A stretch of 63,734 nt of DNA, filler included, from Octopus bimaculoides (taxonomy: Eukaryota): the NCBI RefSeq assembly GCF_001194135.2. It is 10 parts of 10 records of this genome, joined end to end, with 100 filler letters (N's around TTAATTAATTAA, not from the genome) between each part and the next. Parts side by side here need not be neighbours in the genome. Positions count along the whole stretch, not along the records: positions 32,917 to 42,742 come from NC_068997.1; positions 42,843 to 45,519 come from NC_068991.1; positions 45,620 to 54,964 come from NC_068985.1; 7 more parts are not named here. One strand, written 5' to 3'. Within the stretch, counting starts at the first letter, position 1; each line of letters starts with the position of its first letter. The position numbers and the translations under genes were made by a program. This document shows positions 35,946 through 49,433 of this stretch, in pieces. The notes beneath the pieces were generated by a model that saw nothing but the letters and a program-made list of their open reading frames with translations, ran no database searches and was not told the DNA's origin.

Positions 35946-38056
35946 CCAGCAATTAATGTTTCCCCCACAGGAGAAAGCACGTAATAGTTTTCGAACGAAG
36001 ACTATCACACAAATAACTATAACAAGAAAGAACACAAAAACAGTCAATAGAAACTTGCACTTACTATACAGACGCACTCCAATAATATTTACCAATAAAT
36101 CCAAATCTCACACAAACGAAATGCCGCTAAGCATTTTGCCCGGCGCGTTAACGATTCTGCCAGCTCGCTACCCTTGAACATGAAAATATAGAAATACATA
36201 ATGTATATATGGATATGTAAAGGAAAAGAGTTCGAGAAAAGAAAAAAAAAAGAAGAATTCGCGTATAAAAAAAGAGGGGAAAAATACATGATAAAGATTG
36301 AAATAGAGAAATAAAACAAAGAAATTAAAAATAAAGAGACATTGAGGAAGATTTAGGAAGCGCCATAAATGGAAACACGGTTGAATTAGAAAACGTTTAA
36401 AGGCAAAGAATAGAAGTTAAAAACTGAGGTGTTCAAATGTCGTAGTTGAAGAAATGTAACAGATAATGACATATAGATTGATGCCGGTGTTACATTTGTT
36501 TCTTACAAAAATTCTGGGAAAGTTCTTAAATATTTTTCTTAGCGAAGAAGGAAAATAAAAAAAGAAAAGAAATTTACTAATTAAAAAACTGAATCTTGAA
36601 TGAATGTATAACATTTCCAAATAATTTTTTAGATAAGAACAACGTACAAATTCTCTCGCCTGCATCTTCATTTGGTTCTTTAGAAATTTTCTTTTCCCCG
36701 AAATTAATCATTTAATATAAGATCATATATACAATCTTTAAGAAAATCTGAAATTTTCCCTATCATTCATATTTTCTTCTATAGTTGTATTGGGAGCGTT
36801 TTAATTTTAATTAAATTTCAGTTCCCGTTTCCGCTTGAAAAAGAATAATATTTAAGTTTAAATCAAGAAAATATGAAAGAATAAACATTTAAAAATAAAT
36901 TTGAATTTATGTTTGAACTTTAAACTTTTCAAAAGATTATTTGACGAGAGATACACACCAAAATGAAGGATTGCAAAGAGGAGGAAAATGAGAACACTTT
37001 TATCTGAGTATTAAAACCCACACAAAGGGTTGATATACGNNNNNNNNNNNNNNNNNNNNNNNNNNNNNNNNNNNNNNNNNNNNNNNNNNNNNNNNNNNNN
37101 NNNNNNNNNNNNNNNNNNNNNNNNNNNNNNNNNNNNNNNNNNNNNNNNNNNNNNNNNNNNNNNNNNNNNNNNNNNNNNNNNNNNNNNNNNNNNNNNNNNN
37201 NNNNNNNNNNNNNNNNNNNNNNNNNNNNNNNNNNNNNNNNNNNNNNNNNNNNNNNNNNNNNNNNNNNNNNNNNNNNNNNNNNNNNNNNNNNNNNNNNNNN
37301 NNNNNNNNNNNNNNNNNNNNNNNNNNNNNNNNNNNNNNNNNNNNNNNNNNNNNNNNNNNNNNNNNNNNNNNNNNNNNNNNNNNNNNNNNNNNNNNNNNNN
37401 NNNNNNNNNNNNNNNNNNNNNNNNNNNNNNNNNNNNNNNNNNNNNNNNNNNNNNNNNNNNNNNNNNNNNNNNNNNNNNNNNNNNNNNNNNNNNNNNNNNN
37501 NNNNNNNNNNNNNNNNNNNNNNNNNNNNNNNNNNNNNNNNNNNNNNNNNNNNNNNNNNNNNNNNNNNNNNNNNNNNNNNNNNNNNNNNNNNNNNNNNNNN
37601 NNNNNNNNNNNNNNNNNNNNNNNNNNNNNNNNNNNNNNNNNNNNNNNNNNNNNNNNNNNNNNNNNNNNNNNNNNNNNNNNNNNNNNNNNNNNNNNNNNNN
37701 NNNNNNNNNNNNNNNNNNNNNNNNNNNNNNNNNNNNNNNNNNNNNNNNNNNNNNNNNNNNNNNNNNNNNNNNNNNNNNNNNNNNNNNNNNNNNNNNNNNN
37801 NNNNNNNNNNNNNNNNNNNNNNNNNNNNNNNNNNNNNNNNNNNNNNNNNNNNNNNNNNNNNNNNNNNNNNNNNNNNNNNNNNNNNNNNNNNNNNNNNNNN
37901 NNNNNNNNNNNNNNNNNNNNNNNNNNNNNNNNNNNNNNNNNNNNNNNNNNNNNNNNNNNNNNNNNNNNNNNNNNNNNNNNNNNNNNNNNNNNNATATATA
38001 TATATATAGAAGATAGATATATAGATATTTATTAATTTTTACAAAATAAAGGTTAA

Positions 38057-38100
38057 CAGTGACTTCGAAGTTTCGATTTACTATCTGTCATCAGACACAT
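38057..38100 (-). ncRNA. Degenerate type-I hammerhead motif
   Basis: Minus strand reads GU CUGAUGA CA GAUAGUAAAUC GAAA CUUCGAAG UC AC. It has a 10-nt palindrome ACUUCGAAGU, 2 extra nt before stem II and a stem I of only 2 bp. Confidence 0.5.
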
Positions 38101-38584
38101 GACTGAAAAGCAAAGTTTTTTCTCGGATTTGAAATCAGAGCTTAGAGAATCGGAGCATTCACCACAAGATTCTGCCCTCCATTCTGTCTGACATTTTGTT
38201 CGAGTCATCAACGGCTTTGCCTGCTCTCTACACTTGATTGTTATCGAATGATAATTGTTTAATTGCATTGGTTTATTTCTTCCTTGTAAAACATAGTCCT
38301 GGAGCCTAATTTAATTGTTGTTCCCAAATAGAGACTCAATGATTGATATCATATTTTTCTCAACATTCATTCTACGTATTTAATATCACATACACGCTGA
38401 CAATATGCACTAGTGTCGTTCTCTATATTTCTTATTTTGTAACACAGACATTAAGATCTAAACATTTAATTTAATTATATTTTGTATGTTTATTTCATAA
38501 ATGAATTAAAGTACTGAGTTGCTTTCATAGCTTTCTTTTTTTTAAATTCATCTAAGTGATTAATGTCTGCCATGTGTTTGTGTC

Positions 38585-38728
38585 TATGTATGTATGTATG
38601 TATGTATGTATGTATGTATGTATGTATGTATGTATGTATGTATATGTGTCTATGCATGTATGTATGTATGTGTGTATGTATGTATGTATGTATGTATGTA
38701 TGTACGTATGTATCTATCTGTCTATCTG

Positions 38729-38799
<71 letters not shown>

Positions 38800-38800
38800 G
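38585..38800. repeat. Compound (TATG)n-(TATC)n microsatellite
   Basis: Direct observation. Confidence 0.95.
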
Positions 38801-39692
38801 TGTGTGTGTCTACGTGTGTGTGAAGGCGCATGGCTCAGTGGCTAGAGCACCAGGCTTACAATTGTGGTGTTGTGTGTTCGATTCCCAGTCCGCCTGCGTT
38901 TTCTGTTTTTGAGCAAGTAACGTTATTTCACTTTGCCCCAGTTCACTCAGCTGTAGAAATGAGTTGGGATGTCACTGGTACCAAGCTGTATTGGACTTTG
39001 CCTTTCCCTTCCATAACACCAGTGGTGTGGAGAGGGGAGACTGGCATGCCTTATTCAGAATCTTAATGAAATATCCTGGCCAAAAATCGAATTCCCTGGG
39101 CCAAACTAAAATTATTTTAGCCATGAACGCCAAGCACTAATAATACCTTTTTCTCGTTAGTTAGAAACTAACTCGTTCACCTATTAACTGAACTCAATTA
39201 AACGAAGAAAAGGACACGCTCGGATATCCTTGGACGTTCTCCAAACTAGCGCGTGATCTATTTTCTGGGTCAAAGAACAGGAGCTCAGTTCCTTAACATA
39301 GTGCAAATACAAGTGTCGATTTACAATCAAGTAATGTCATTTATTATTCGCAGATTTTGGATATTATATATGTATCTTTTATTTAAAAATCATCGAGCAA
39401 TTATTTAATTCCGCCGGGGTCGGTGTTGCCTGTCGTCACTTCGTGGTGAGTAAGATCAATAGCAGTCAAGTACTGGGAGTCAATGTAATCGGCTTCCACT
39501 GCCTATCAAAATTGCTGGCCTTGTGCCAAAATTAGAAAGAAACAACCAATCAATCAATAAATGAATTACTTGATTAATTAACTAAATTAAAGACTGTATT
39601 GACGATATTTGAGACGGTTATTTGCGGTTTTAGTTCACATACTGCTGATGTTAGCATTGCATTTCATTCTTTTGGAGTCAACAAAATATTCT

Positions 39693-40092
39693 TTTCTACT
39701 CTAGGCACAGGGCCCGAAATTTTGGGGGAGGGGGCTAGTCGATTAGATCGATCCCAGTAGACTACTGGTACTTAATTTATCGACCCCGAACGGATGAAAG
39801 GCGAAGTCGATCTCGGCGGAATATGAACTCAGAACATAAAGACAGACGAAATACCGCTAAGCATTTCGCCCGGCGTGCTAACATTTATTTCTTTATTGCC
39901 CACAAGGGGCTAAACATAAAGGGGACAAACAAGGAAAGACAAAGGAATTAAGTCGATTACATCGACCCAGTGCGTAATTGGTACTTAATTTATCGACCCC
40001 GAAAGGATGAAAGGCAAAGTCGATCTCGACTGAATTTGAACTCAGAAGGTAACGGCTGACGAAATACCGCTAAGCATTTCGCCCGGCGTGCT
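39693..40092 (-). mobile_element. Two head-to-tail SINE family 2 copies
   Basis: The block cttaatttatcgaccccgaa.ggatgaaaggc.aagtcgatctcg...gcatttcgcccggcgtgct occurs twice. Confidence 0.8.
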
Positions 40093-40518
40093 CGCGGCCT
40101 TGAAGTCAACACAATATTGTGTCAGTGAATATTGGGGTTGATGGTATCAATATATCCCCACCCCCGCCTCAAACCTACTGGCCTTCAGCCTGATAAAAAA
40201 GAAAATTCTTTGATTATTTTGATTGTCATGTCGAAGAAATATCAGAAAGTATTGCAGAACCTCCTCTTCTGTTATACGTTCAAATTCTTGAGTCTTTGTG
40301 ATATGGGTGGATCTTTATACAACAGGTATTATCTACCCGGCATACTGCTATATAGTTTCCGTCTACTCAAGTTACCGGAGGTTTTAGGAAAATGTCATTT
40401 GCTCAAGAACGAAATCGTAACCTAGAAATTGCGAAGCAATTTTTTTAACTATTCAGCTACACTGTGCTTACAACATGCCTATATGCATCTATATAATTTC
40501 TACATACATACATACATA

Positions 40519-40699
40519 CAAGGGGATACTGAAATGGTCCTAGTTTTGGGAATTCAACATAGTCCCCCTCATAGGTTCATACACTTACTGCAGCGGTCTT
40601 TCAGATTTACTAAACCCTGTAAAAGAACTCGGAATGTTGAGCCTCCAACCAGGCCTTCCACGATGCCTTTAAAGCCAAGAACTTTTCTGCACCTCCTCG
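40519..40699 (-). mobile_element. Mini-mariner (181-bp deletion derivative)
   Basis: TA-flanked diverged TIRs (caaggggatactgaaatggtcc / ccaagaacttttctgcacctcctcg); minus-strand remnants AWLEAQHSEFF, RCSKCMNL, GDYVE. Confidence 0.7.
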
Positions 40700-41688
40700 T
40701 ACACACACTCACACACACACACACACACACACACACNNNNNNNNNNNNNNNNNNNNNNNNNNNNNNNNNNNNNNNNNNNNNNNNNNNNNNNNNNNNNNNN
40801 NNNNNNNNNNNNNNNNNNNNNNNNNNNNNNNNNNNNNNNNNNNNNNNNNNNNNNNNNNNNNNNNNNNNNNNNNNNNNNNNNNNNNNNNNNNNNNNNNNNN
40901 NNNNNNNNNNNNNNNNNNNNNNNNNNNNNNNNNNNNNNNNNNNNNTATATATATATACACGTAAAAGACAAAACACTAACAGCAGAACGTTACGTAACAA
41001 ATACTCCTAAATTTTATCAAAATCTAGACATTACAAAAATAAGCAACAGAAGAAACACGAAATAACATACATATAAATTTGTTTCCATCTATGAATATGC
41101 CTGTATATATGTTTGTATTCATATACATATATATTTATGTAGGTATATCTACTATGATTCAATAGGAAATAACAGTAATACTCGCTTGTCAGCGGCTATG
41201 AGGTATTTTCGTGTTGTGGTTTATGTTGTTTTTACCAGTTAAACGTTGACTCGTTACCTTAAAATACAGCAACCCTTTTCATAAAATGCAATTTTTGGGT
41301 TGTTTTTTTTTTGTCGTATTATTAGATTGCTTGAAACTCTTGGCCTAACAATTTCCTGTTATGATCAAATCAACAATGTTGAATCCGACATCAACTCGCT
41401 ATGTGAGAGACCAGCTTTTAGCCTTACATTTATGCGCAAAATATGTACTTACATGCATGCATACGAACACACATACACACATACACATGCATATAATGAG
41501 AGAGAATGAGAAAGATAGACATACTGATAGGTAGATATGAATTTATATGCGTATGTCCTTCACGCTGTGTCTTCTTTATATTGTATACTGGGAAGTGTGA
41601 TTAATTTTTTTCTTTCTCACCATGTTTTTTTATTCATTTAGAAGCACACAAACATTCGATATACGTACATGTATTCTACGTCTGTCTC

Positions 41689-41731
<43 letters not shown>

Positions 41732-42480
41732 GCTTGAAAAATATCGTCAGTTAAGAAAAATACAGGACTGTTGATTGAATGCAGTGCACGCTGTTGTGTC
41801 TTTCGATTTTCTTTCGTTGTTTGTGCTGTTGTAATTGTTACTCTTGTTGTTGATGTTCTCGTTTTCAATACCATTCGAAAATATAATTCTGTTTCTCCAG
41901 TACGTAAACGTGTCGTTAGTATGTAGGCTATTTGCTTCTATTCTACTTGTTTTTGTACTTATGGATGTTGTTACTGGCGTTGTTCGTAAAAAAACATAAC
42001 AGTAAACCTAAAAAATATAAATGTGAAGAAATCGTTTCGTTAGTTTGTATAGAAGAAAAAGAGAAGAAAATTATGGGAAAAAAGAAATAAAATATGCTAA
42101 CATCGAAACATTATTGTCAAGGTTGTATCGCAGGATTTGGAGTACGGATACGTGATGGTTGAATGGATGGAATAAATAGTTGATATATATATATGCTGTT
42201 GTGACTTCGATAGGTAGAATAAAAAATAATATAAATAAAATAGAAGGGAAAATAGTAAAATGTAACACAATCAACATCGACAACCACAGGAACACCAATG
42301 AGTCAATGAGAATGCCTCTACATAGTCGCTATATTTGCAAGAAATATCAACCAAATCTCCTCCAAATTAAAACCTGTCGCTTAAAGAAATCATAAAAAGA
42401 TATTGGTTAATGAAGATGTAGATACGCACCACCACCACCACCATGCGTGCATGAATGTACGTATATGTGTTTTGTTTTAT

Positions 42481-42742
42481 GTATGTATGTATGTATGTAT
42501 GTATGTATGTATGTATGTATGTATGTATGTCAGTGAGTATGTATGTATGTATGTATGTATGTGCAGATTTACATGTTTTATACATGTATTCTCATGCATA
42601 TAGTTATATACCTAGATATGCTCATATATATATTTAAATGATAAACCTCTGGAAAGTTTTACAGATTTTTACAGTTCCAGTGATGGATTGGATCTGTAGT
42701 CTTCAAATTAGCTTTCTCCTTTTTGGTTTTGAGAAGCTTAAT
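42481..42742 (-). mobile_element. Family A 3' end with (TACA)n tail
   Basis: Close match to 2640-2890 (cagttccagtgatgga...gtgcagattt next to (TATG)n). Confidence 0.8.
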
Positions 42743-42842
42743 NNNNNNNNNNNNNNNNNNNNNNNNNNNNNNNNNNNNNNNNNNNNTTAATTAATTAANN
42801 NNNNNNNNNNNNNNNNNNNNNNNNNNNNNNNNNNNNNNNNNN

Positions 42843-43024
42843 CTGGGCCCCACCTGAAACGTCATGCGCTGTTTATCTTGATATGAGATCACCATGTCGC
42901 GCACATATGGTTGTGATGCATGTGCCTGATGTACCCTTATGAGACGAGTAGTCATGATGGGTATATTGGGCTTTGTATATTTTACCCCAGTGTCACTTTG
43001 ATGGCATTCACTGCTCTCTCACTC
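42843..43024. mobile_element. Partial copy of the 550-bp (ATT)n-flanked element
   Basis: Reverse complement of about 50282-50462 with scattered substitutions. Confidence 0.7.
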
Positions 43025-43059
<35 letters not shown>

Positions 43060-43209
43060 TCGTTTCTACTACAGTCATAAGGACTGAAATTTGGGGGATA
43101 GTCGATTATAACTCAACTGTTACTAATTTCATCGACCCCGAAAGGCAAAGTCGACCTCGGCGGAATTTGAACTCAGAACGTGAAGACGGACCAGATGCCG
43201 CTCTACATG

Positions 43210-44340
43210 TCAATTCTACAAGCTTCCGAGTTACATAACCATGCATAGTATTTTTTTTTTGTTTGCATGCTGAGTGCTTTCCATCCAGGTCTTCTCTGGG
43301 GTAAGAGAGCCCAGCTGTTTTGGGTTTATATAGATCATCAGGAAAGGAGTGCTTCTTGAGGAGCTCACTACCAACCTGTACAATGTTTCTTACTTCACTT
43401 TTCAGGACTGCATTAATATATTTATTTTTGCTGCTGTTGTTTAGCAGGTGCTGCCTGAGTGATACCATACGGCATTCGACGGCCGTCAACACTGATCTCA
43501 GGCTTCTACTACTTTCATTTCTCCTTAAGAAGAGCCAGTCAACATCACTGTCTTTGTGGAAGTTCCCAGTTGTTGTTAGGATTTTGCGGGTTTTGATACC
43601 TATGAAGTGGATTTCCTCTACAGACCAATCAAGTATCCCGAATGTTTGGATCAGCACTGGTACTGGAAATGCACTGTGGGATATTGTTTTGTTGTAAGAG
43701 GAGATTTCCGACTGCTGCATTTTCCTAAGTCTGGTGTAATATTCTCGGGTCAACCTATCTTTATTCACGGTGCCTTCAAATGATACATTTTCGTCTATGC
43801 CTAGGTACTTGTAACATTCTTTGTGTGAATGGAAGAGATAGAGAGACCGTTGATGCACAGGTTTTGGGCTTGAGGGACTGACTTTCCTCCTTCTAGAGCC
43901 AAATATGAGCATTTCTCTAGGCCAAATTTCATGCCTGTATCAGCTGAAAATGTTGTTATTAATTCCAGTTGTTTTTTGGCATTGTTAACACTTTTAGCAT
44001 AAATCTTCAGATCGTCTATAAAGAAATTATGAGTTACATTGATATTTCTAGCAATTGAAAATCCTAGCATGTAACCATGAATGATAATGGATTCAGTGCC
44101 AAAATGAAAAGAAGTACAGAAAGACTTGCCTATACTGTCAGAAACAATTATTCTGTTCTCAATTGTAAGGGTAAGAATTGTTGTCCATGTCTTTGTGAGT
44201 CTCTCTATAGCAGCATTTGAGGTAGTAGGTACATTTGCCGAATGTAGGTACTTCAACAGCCATGAATGAGAGTCGAATACCTTCCTATAGTAAATACCAC
44301 CATGACCGATATCCAAACTACAGTGGAAAAGGCTAGCCAC
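43210..44340 (-). mobile_element. R4/Dong-like non-LTR RT and thumb fragment (related to family A)
   Basis: YRKVFDSHSWL, FFIDDLKIYA, GMKFGLEKC, YKYLGIDEN, FPVPVLIQTFGILDW, KTRKILT, SDVDWLF, MHGYVTRKL; frameshifted. Confidence 0.88.
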
Positions 44341-44974
44341 TGGATTTGGTTAAAAAGAGACGATGAGCGATGACTAGAATATTGAGCTTTATCTGATAAC
44401 CAATTTGTCCTGCAAGCGGGGCGTCATATCAATGACGGGGGCCGGTGCGCATTGATGCCGTCGAGAGATAGGCCCCGAAACGGCGCCCATTCTCTCCGAA
44501 TGACCCCATACACTTACTGGCTTCCGGTATGAGGAGCTCTCGACTGGTAGTACTTCCATGTGCAAGCTGTTTGCAAAACATGCGAATTATGTTTGCTTAT
44601 AATTATTTCGGTTTCGTACTTTCGCTGTTATATAGATTCGACTTCATCATAAATCCATTTTTTAAATTTTATTTTTTAAATTTTTTTTTTATCATGGTAA
44701 TTTGCATGCAGTAAGAGTATTATAATGAATTTACTTACTCGAAGTTAATGATCATATTTTGTACATTTTCAAATTTTTATATTAAGAACTCGGATTAATA
44801 ATTATCGTGACATCGTAAGTCACATATCAGTCTCTTTTCGTTTTAAGATGCCACAGAATGTATAACATATAGTGATTCCAATATTTTTGAGAATCAATGC
44901 TAGTCCCATACTTTTTAAGGTTTATTATGACATACTGTAGCCCCTTTGAGCGTGCGCATTTTTCAATTCTAGTT

Positions 44975-45327
44975 ATTCTTTTTTTTTTATTTGTTTCAGT
45001 CATTTGACTGCGGCCATGCTGGAGCACCGCCTTTTAGTCGAAGAAATCAACCCTGGGGCTTATTTTTTGTTAGCCTGGTACTTATTCTATCGGTCTCTTT
45101 TGCTGAACCGTTAAGTTGCGGGTACGTTGACAAGCGATGGTGTGGTGGGGACACTCAGACACAAAGACGCACAAATAAATATATATATGGCTTGTTGTTA
45201 TATATATACATATATATATATATATATNNNNNNNNNNCACTTGCCCAAAGTGCTACACAGTGGGACTGACCCCAGAACCATGTGGTTGGGAAGCAAGTTT
45301 CTTACCACACAGCCAGGCTTGCGCCTG
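44975..45327 (-). mobile_element. SINE family 1, spanning a 10-N gap
   Basis: Tail at 44975-45170 and head at 45238-45327 in reverse orientation. Confidence 0.75.
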
Positions 45328-45619
45328 TATGTATATACGTATAAAAGTATCTATTTAATAGAAATTCAGTAGTGTGATACCACAGGTTTCGTGCAGAAAT
45401 ATTCGCAGTTATTGAATCGGAGTTTGGATAATGCATGATGACTTCACCATTTCAACTGACAAGAGTCTGCTATATATACATATACATATATATATATATA
45501 TATAAATATATATATATATNNNNNNNNNNNNNNNNNNNNNNNNNNNNNNNNNNNNNNNNNNNNTTAATTAATTAANNNNNNNNNNNNNNNNNNNNNNNNN
45601 NNNNNNNNNNNNNNNNNNN

Positions 45620-45642
45620 CATTATTATTATCATTATTATCA

Positions 45643-45677
<35 letters not shown>

Positions 45678-45888
45678 GTTATCATTATTATTATTGTTAT
45701 TGTTGTTGTTGTTGTTGCTGTTATCATCATCATCATGATTATTATTATGATTAGTATCATCCTCCTCCTCATCATCATTATCATCATCATTATCATTATT
45801 ACAATTATTATTATTATCATTATCATCATCATCATCATCATCATTATCACCATCATCGTCATTGTTATTATTATTTTCATATTTATTA

Positions 45889-45939
<51 letters not shown>

Positions 45940-45980
45940 GCATTATTATGTTATTGTTGTTGTTGTTGTTGTTTTTGTTA
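45620..45980. repeat. Compound (ATT)/(ATC)/(GTT) microsatellite
   Basis: Direct observation. Confidence 0.95.
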
Positions 45981-46710
45981 GTGGTAGTGTTGAGTAAAAA
46001 AAAATGACAGTAAATAGAAAGATAAAAGCAATTCCCTATTACCTTTCATTCCTTTTTCGTGTTTTGAACAAGGTTTTCGCTCTCTTCCAAAGTAATACGT
46101 TTACGGCTATCAGAGAAGGTGTTTTGTTCTACAGATCGCTTCCCATTTTTTTTTTAATGTATATATTCACACTCTCTTCATTGGCTAATACCCTCCAATA
46201 TCAAGAAAATGTACATATATATTCGTTTCAACCTACTGGCAATAGTATTGTCAAATTGCGTGTATACACCAGTCAGTAAGCACAGCTTGTCACATTACCG
46301 ATGTTTATGTATATATACATAGATATATGTATGTGTGTGTGTTTGTGTGCATGCACACACGGACACACATATATATGAATGCATGAATGTATATATGTAT
46401 AGCAATATATTACAAAAAGTGACGTAAAAAAATGATGCACTGGTGAATAAATCTATGTATTTTGATATGTAGGAAAGGTATAAATTGCGACTTTTCAGAA
46501 AGTTGTCCTTTGTCAAGATAGGTGCAGGTCAAAAGATTGTATAATAAATATGATGCAGAGTGACTAAAAACAGGTGTATATGTATGTGCATGCATATGTT
46601 TTTGTGTTTGTGTGTGTATTTGTGTGAGTGTGTATGTGTGTGCGCGTGTAAATAAAGTAGTGTATGTGTGTATATACGTGTGCGCATGCATGCATGTATG
46701 TATTTGTGAG

Positions 46711-46761
<51 letters not shown>

Positions 46762-47433
46762 GTGAGTGTGTTGTCGTAGCAGTAGTAGTAGACGTTTGTG
46801 ACGTACGCAATAAATTTTATGAACTGAAAAATTCTTAACGGTCGTTGTTCGCTACTCGCGAAGGAAAGAGGGAAACAATTTCAAGAAACTATGTAAAAAT
46901 ACTTGCATGCTTAAGAGGAAATTTAATTTCTTTTGGCGAGAACTGTCACGATATCGGTCATTTTTCATCATACTGGAGATCGTCTACGAAGTTCAGTCAG
47001 AATTGCCCTGCTTGTGTTGTAATGGAGTATTTTGCATATAGAAACGTTTTACAAAAACATTTTGACTAGCAGTCAGTTTGTATAATATTAAACGAAATTT
47101 TACCGCAGGGAAATAACTCAATTACGCAAACACTATGGATTAAGACAAGTTGTTGTTGGAATAATAAGTAGTACGTGCAAAACAATATGGTGATCAACTG
47201 AAATGTATCCCATAAATTTAGGAGAAATCAAAAGCTATGAAAGATCTTTCAAGGAAAATTTAAGAAATAAATAGTTTAAAAAGTTTCACTTAATTTGTAT
47301 GGAAAAAACAGACCTTTCTTTTATCAGTAACGGTAGTAGAAATGAATAAATCTATGTAGTGTCTCTCTTTGTCGAATAAGCTTAGTCAATAAGTCAATAT
47401 ACACTCACACACACACACACACACACTCACACA

Positions 47434-47464
<31 letters not shown>

Positions 47465-48203
47465 CGTATCGCCTATCTGGATGTATTGTTGTCCCTTTCT
47501 TGTATCACCTAACTGTCTGAATGTTTTGCGTTCTTGTCCTATTTTGTACGGGGTTCAGCATATTATCCTCCATTTTCTAATTGTTACACAAATTTTGGGT
47601 AAAACCTCCACTTTTACCTGTTCCCATTGATTGCACCTAGTATAGCACTAGTGTAGCAATAATTGGGTACCCTCCCAGCAGTATACTGGATAGATACTAT
47701 CCCTTAGTGGGTTGAACCCCCAACCCCTAACTCTCTCACGTTATATATATATATATATATATNNNNNNNNNNNNNNNNNNNNNNNNNNNNNNNNNNNNNN
47801 NNNNNNNNNNNNNNNNNNNNNNNNNNNNNNNNNNNNNNNNNNNNNNNNNNNNNNNNNNNNNNNNNNNNNNNNNNNNNNNNNNNNNNNNNNNNNNNNNNNN
47901 NNNNNNNNNNNNNNNNNNNNNNNNNNNNNNNNNNGGGGGTTCCATGGTCAATCTTGGGTGGCGTTTCTTTACTATTAGGGAATTTATTCGAATTTGCTAG
48001 TTGTTCTTGTTCTTTTGTTTTTGTTTATTTTTGTGCTCACTTTTCTATGTCAAATATTCTACACTTTTCTACGCCCAAATATTTTCGCGGTATCAGTATC
48101 ATCATCATCATTATTATTAATATTATTATTATCATTATCATTCTTATTATTACTATTATTATTAAGGCGGTGAGTTGGCAAGATCTTTAGCAGGCCGGAC
48201 AAA

Positions 48204-48590
48204 AGTGGCTGTGTGGTAAGTAGCTTGATTACCAACCACATGGTTCCGGGTTCACTCCCACTGCGTGGCATCTTGGGCAGATGTCTTCTACTATAGCCTC
48301 GTGCCGACCAAAGCCTTGTGAGTGGATTTGGTAGACGGAAACTGAAAGAAGCCCGTCGTATATATGTATGTATATATGTGTGTGTGTATGTTTGTGTCTG
48401 TGTTTGTCCCTTTAGCATTGCTTGACAACCGATGCTGGTGTGTTTATGTCCCCGTCACTTAGAGGTTCGGCAAAAGAGACCGATAGAATAAGTACTAGGC
48501 TTACAAAGAATAAGTCCAGGCATCGATTTGCTCGACTAAAGGCGGTGCTCCAGCATGGCCGCAGTCAAATGACTGAAACAAGTAAAAGAG
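48204..48590 (+). mobile_element. SINE family 1, near full length, nested in a family 2 copy
   Basis: High similarity to 24278-24702. Confidence 0.85.
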
Positions 48591-48707
48591 CCTAAGTTTG
48601 TCTTTTCTGTGTTCAAATTTCATCGGCTTTGCTTTCATATTTATCGGAGTCGATAAAAGGAGTCATCGACTTACCTATTTCCCCGAAATTGCTGGCCTTG
48701 TGCCCAA

Positions 48708-48747
<40 letters not shown>

Positions 48748-48849
48748 GTTGTTGTTGTTGTTGTTGTTGTTATTATTATTATTATAGACGTCGCACAGTA
48801 TACAATATCGTGAGGTGGTTGATTGATGATATTGTGTCTACCGGGGGTT

Positions 48850-49042
48850 TGTATTGTTTCTTAAATTACAACAAGAACCTCAGACAGACAGTACTTTATG
48901 CAATATGCGTGCAGTTCCAAGTAATGCCGACTTTTGCAATACACCTAGATTGCAAACTATTTCTAAGGTTCAGATGTTTTGGTTTTTTTTCAGATTGGCT
49001 GCTATTGAACCCTATGCTCCGATGACAATAGGGATAACCTTT
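48850..49042 (-). mobile_element. Older decayed Dong-like C-terminal fragment
   Basis: KVIPIVIGA*GSI and frameshifted LQKSALLGTARILHKVL. Confidence 0.6.
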
Positions 49043-49092
49043 ATGTTCGACTCTCGTAGCGGCCTATTATTATTATTATTATTATCATTATT

Positions 49093-49433
49093 CAGTAGTT
49101 TTATTTTTATAACGTGCTTTCACTTCACTACCGAGCGCAGCTCTGTGCGCCTTGGGTATGTGCTGTGGTGCTCTTATGTTTACTGTATTGAAAGTGTTTT
49201 GCGTAGAATGTGTGCAGTACCCAGTAGTGCAATTTTCTGTATGTTATATATATTTGTAAGTCCTGGTGTTTTTGTTATGTATTTGTCTGAATATTTTTTT
49301 ATTATACCTAAGGCACCTACTATGATAGGAATTGTTTCTGTTTTTAGATTCCACATTCGAGTTATCTCTATTTCCAGGTCTTTGTATTTTGAAAGTTTTT
49401 CCATTTCTTTTAGAGAAACGTTGTCATCTGCTG
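49093..49433 (-). mobile_element. Dong-like non-LTR retrotransposon (family B) 3' end with (AAT)n tail
   Basis: EKLSKYKDLEIEITRMWNLKTETIPIIVGALGII...IQKIALLGTAHILRKTLSIQ*; the 3' UTR runs directly into (AAT)n. Confidence 0.88.
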
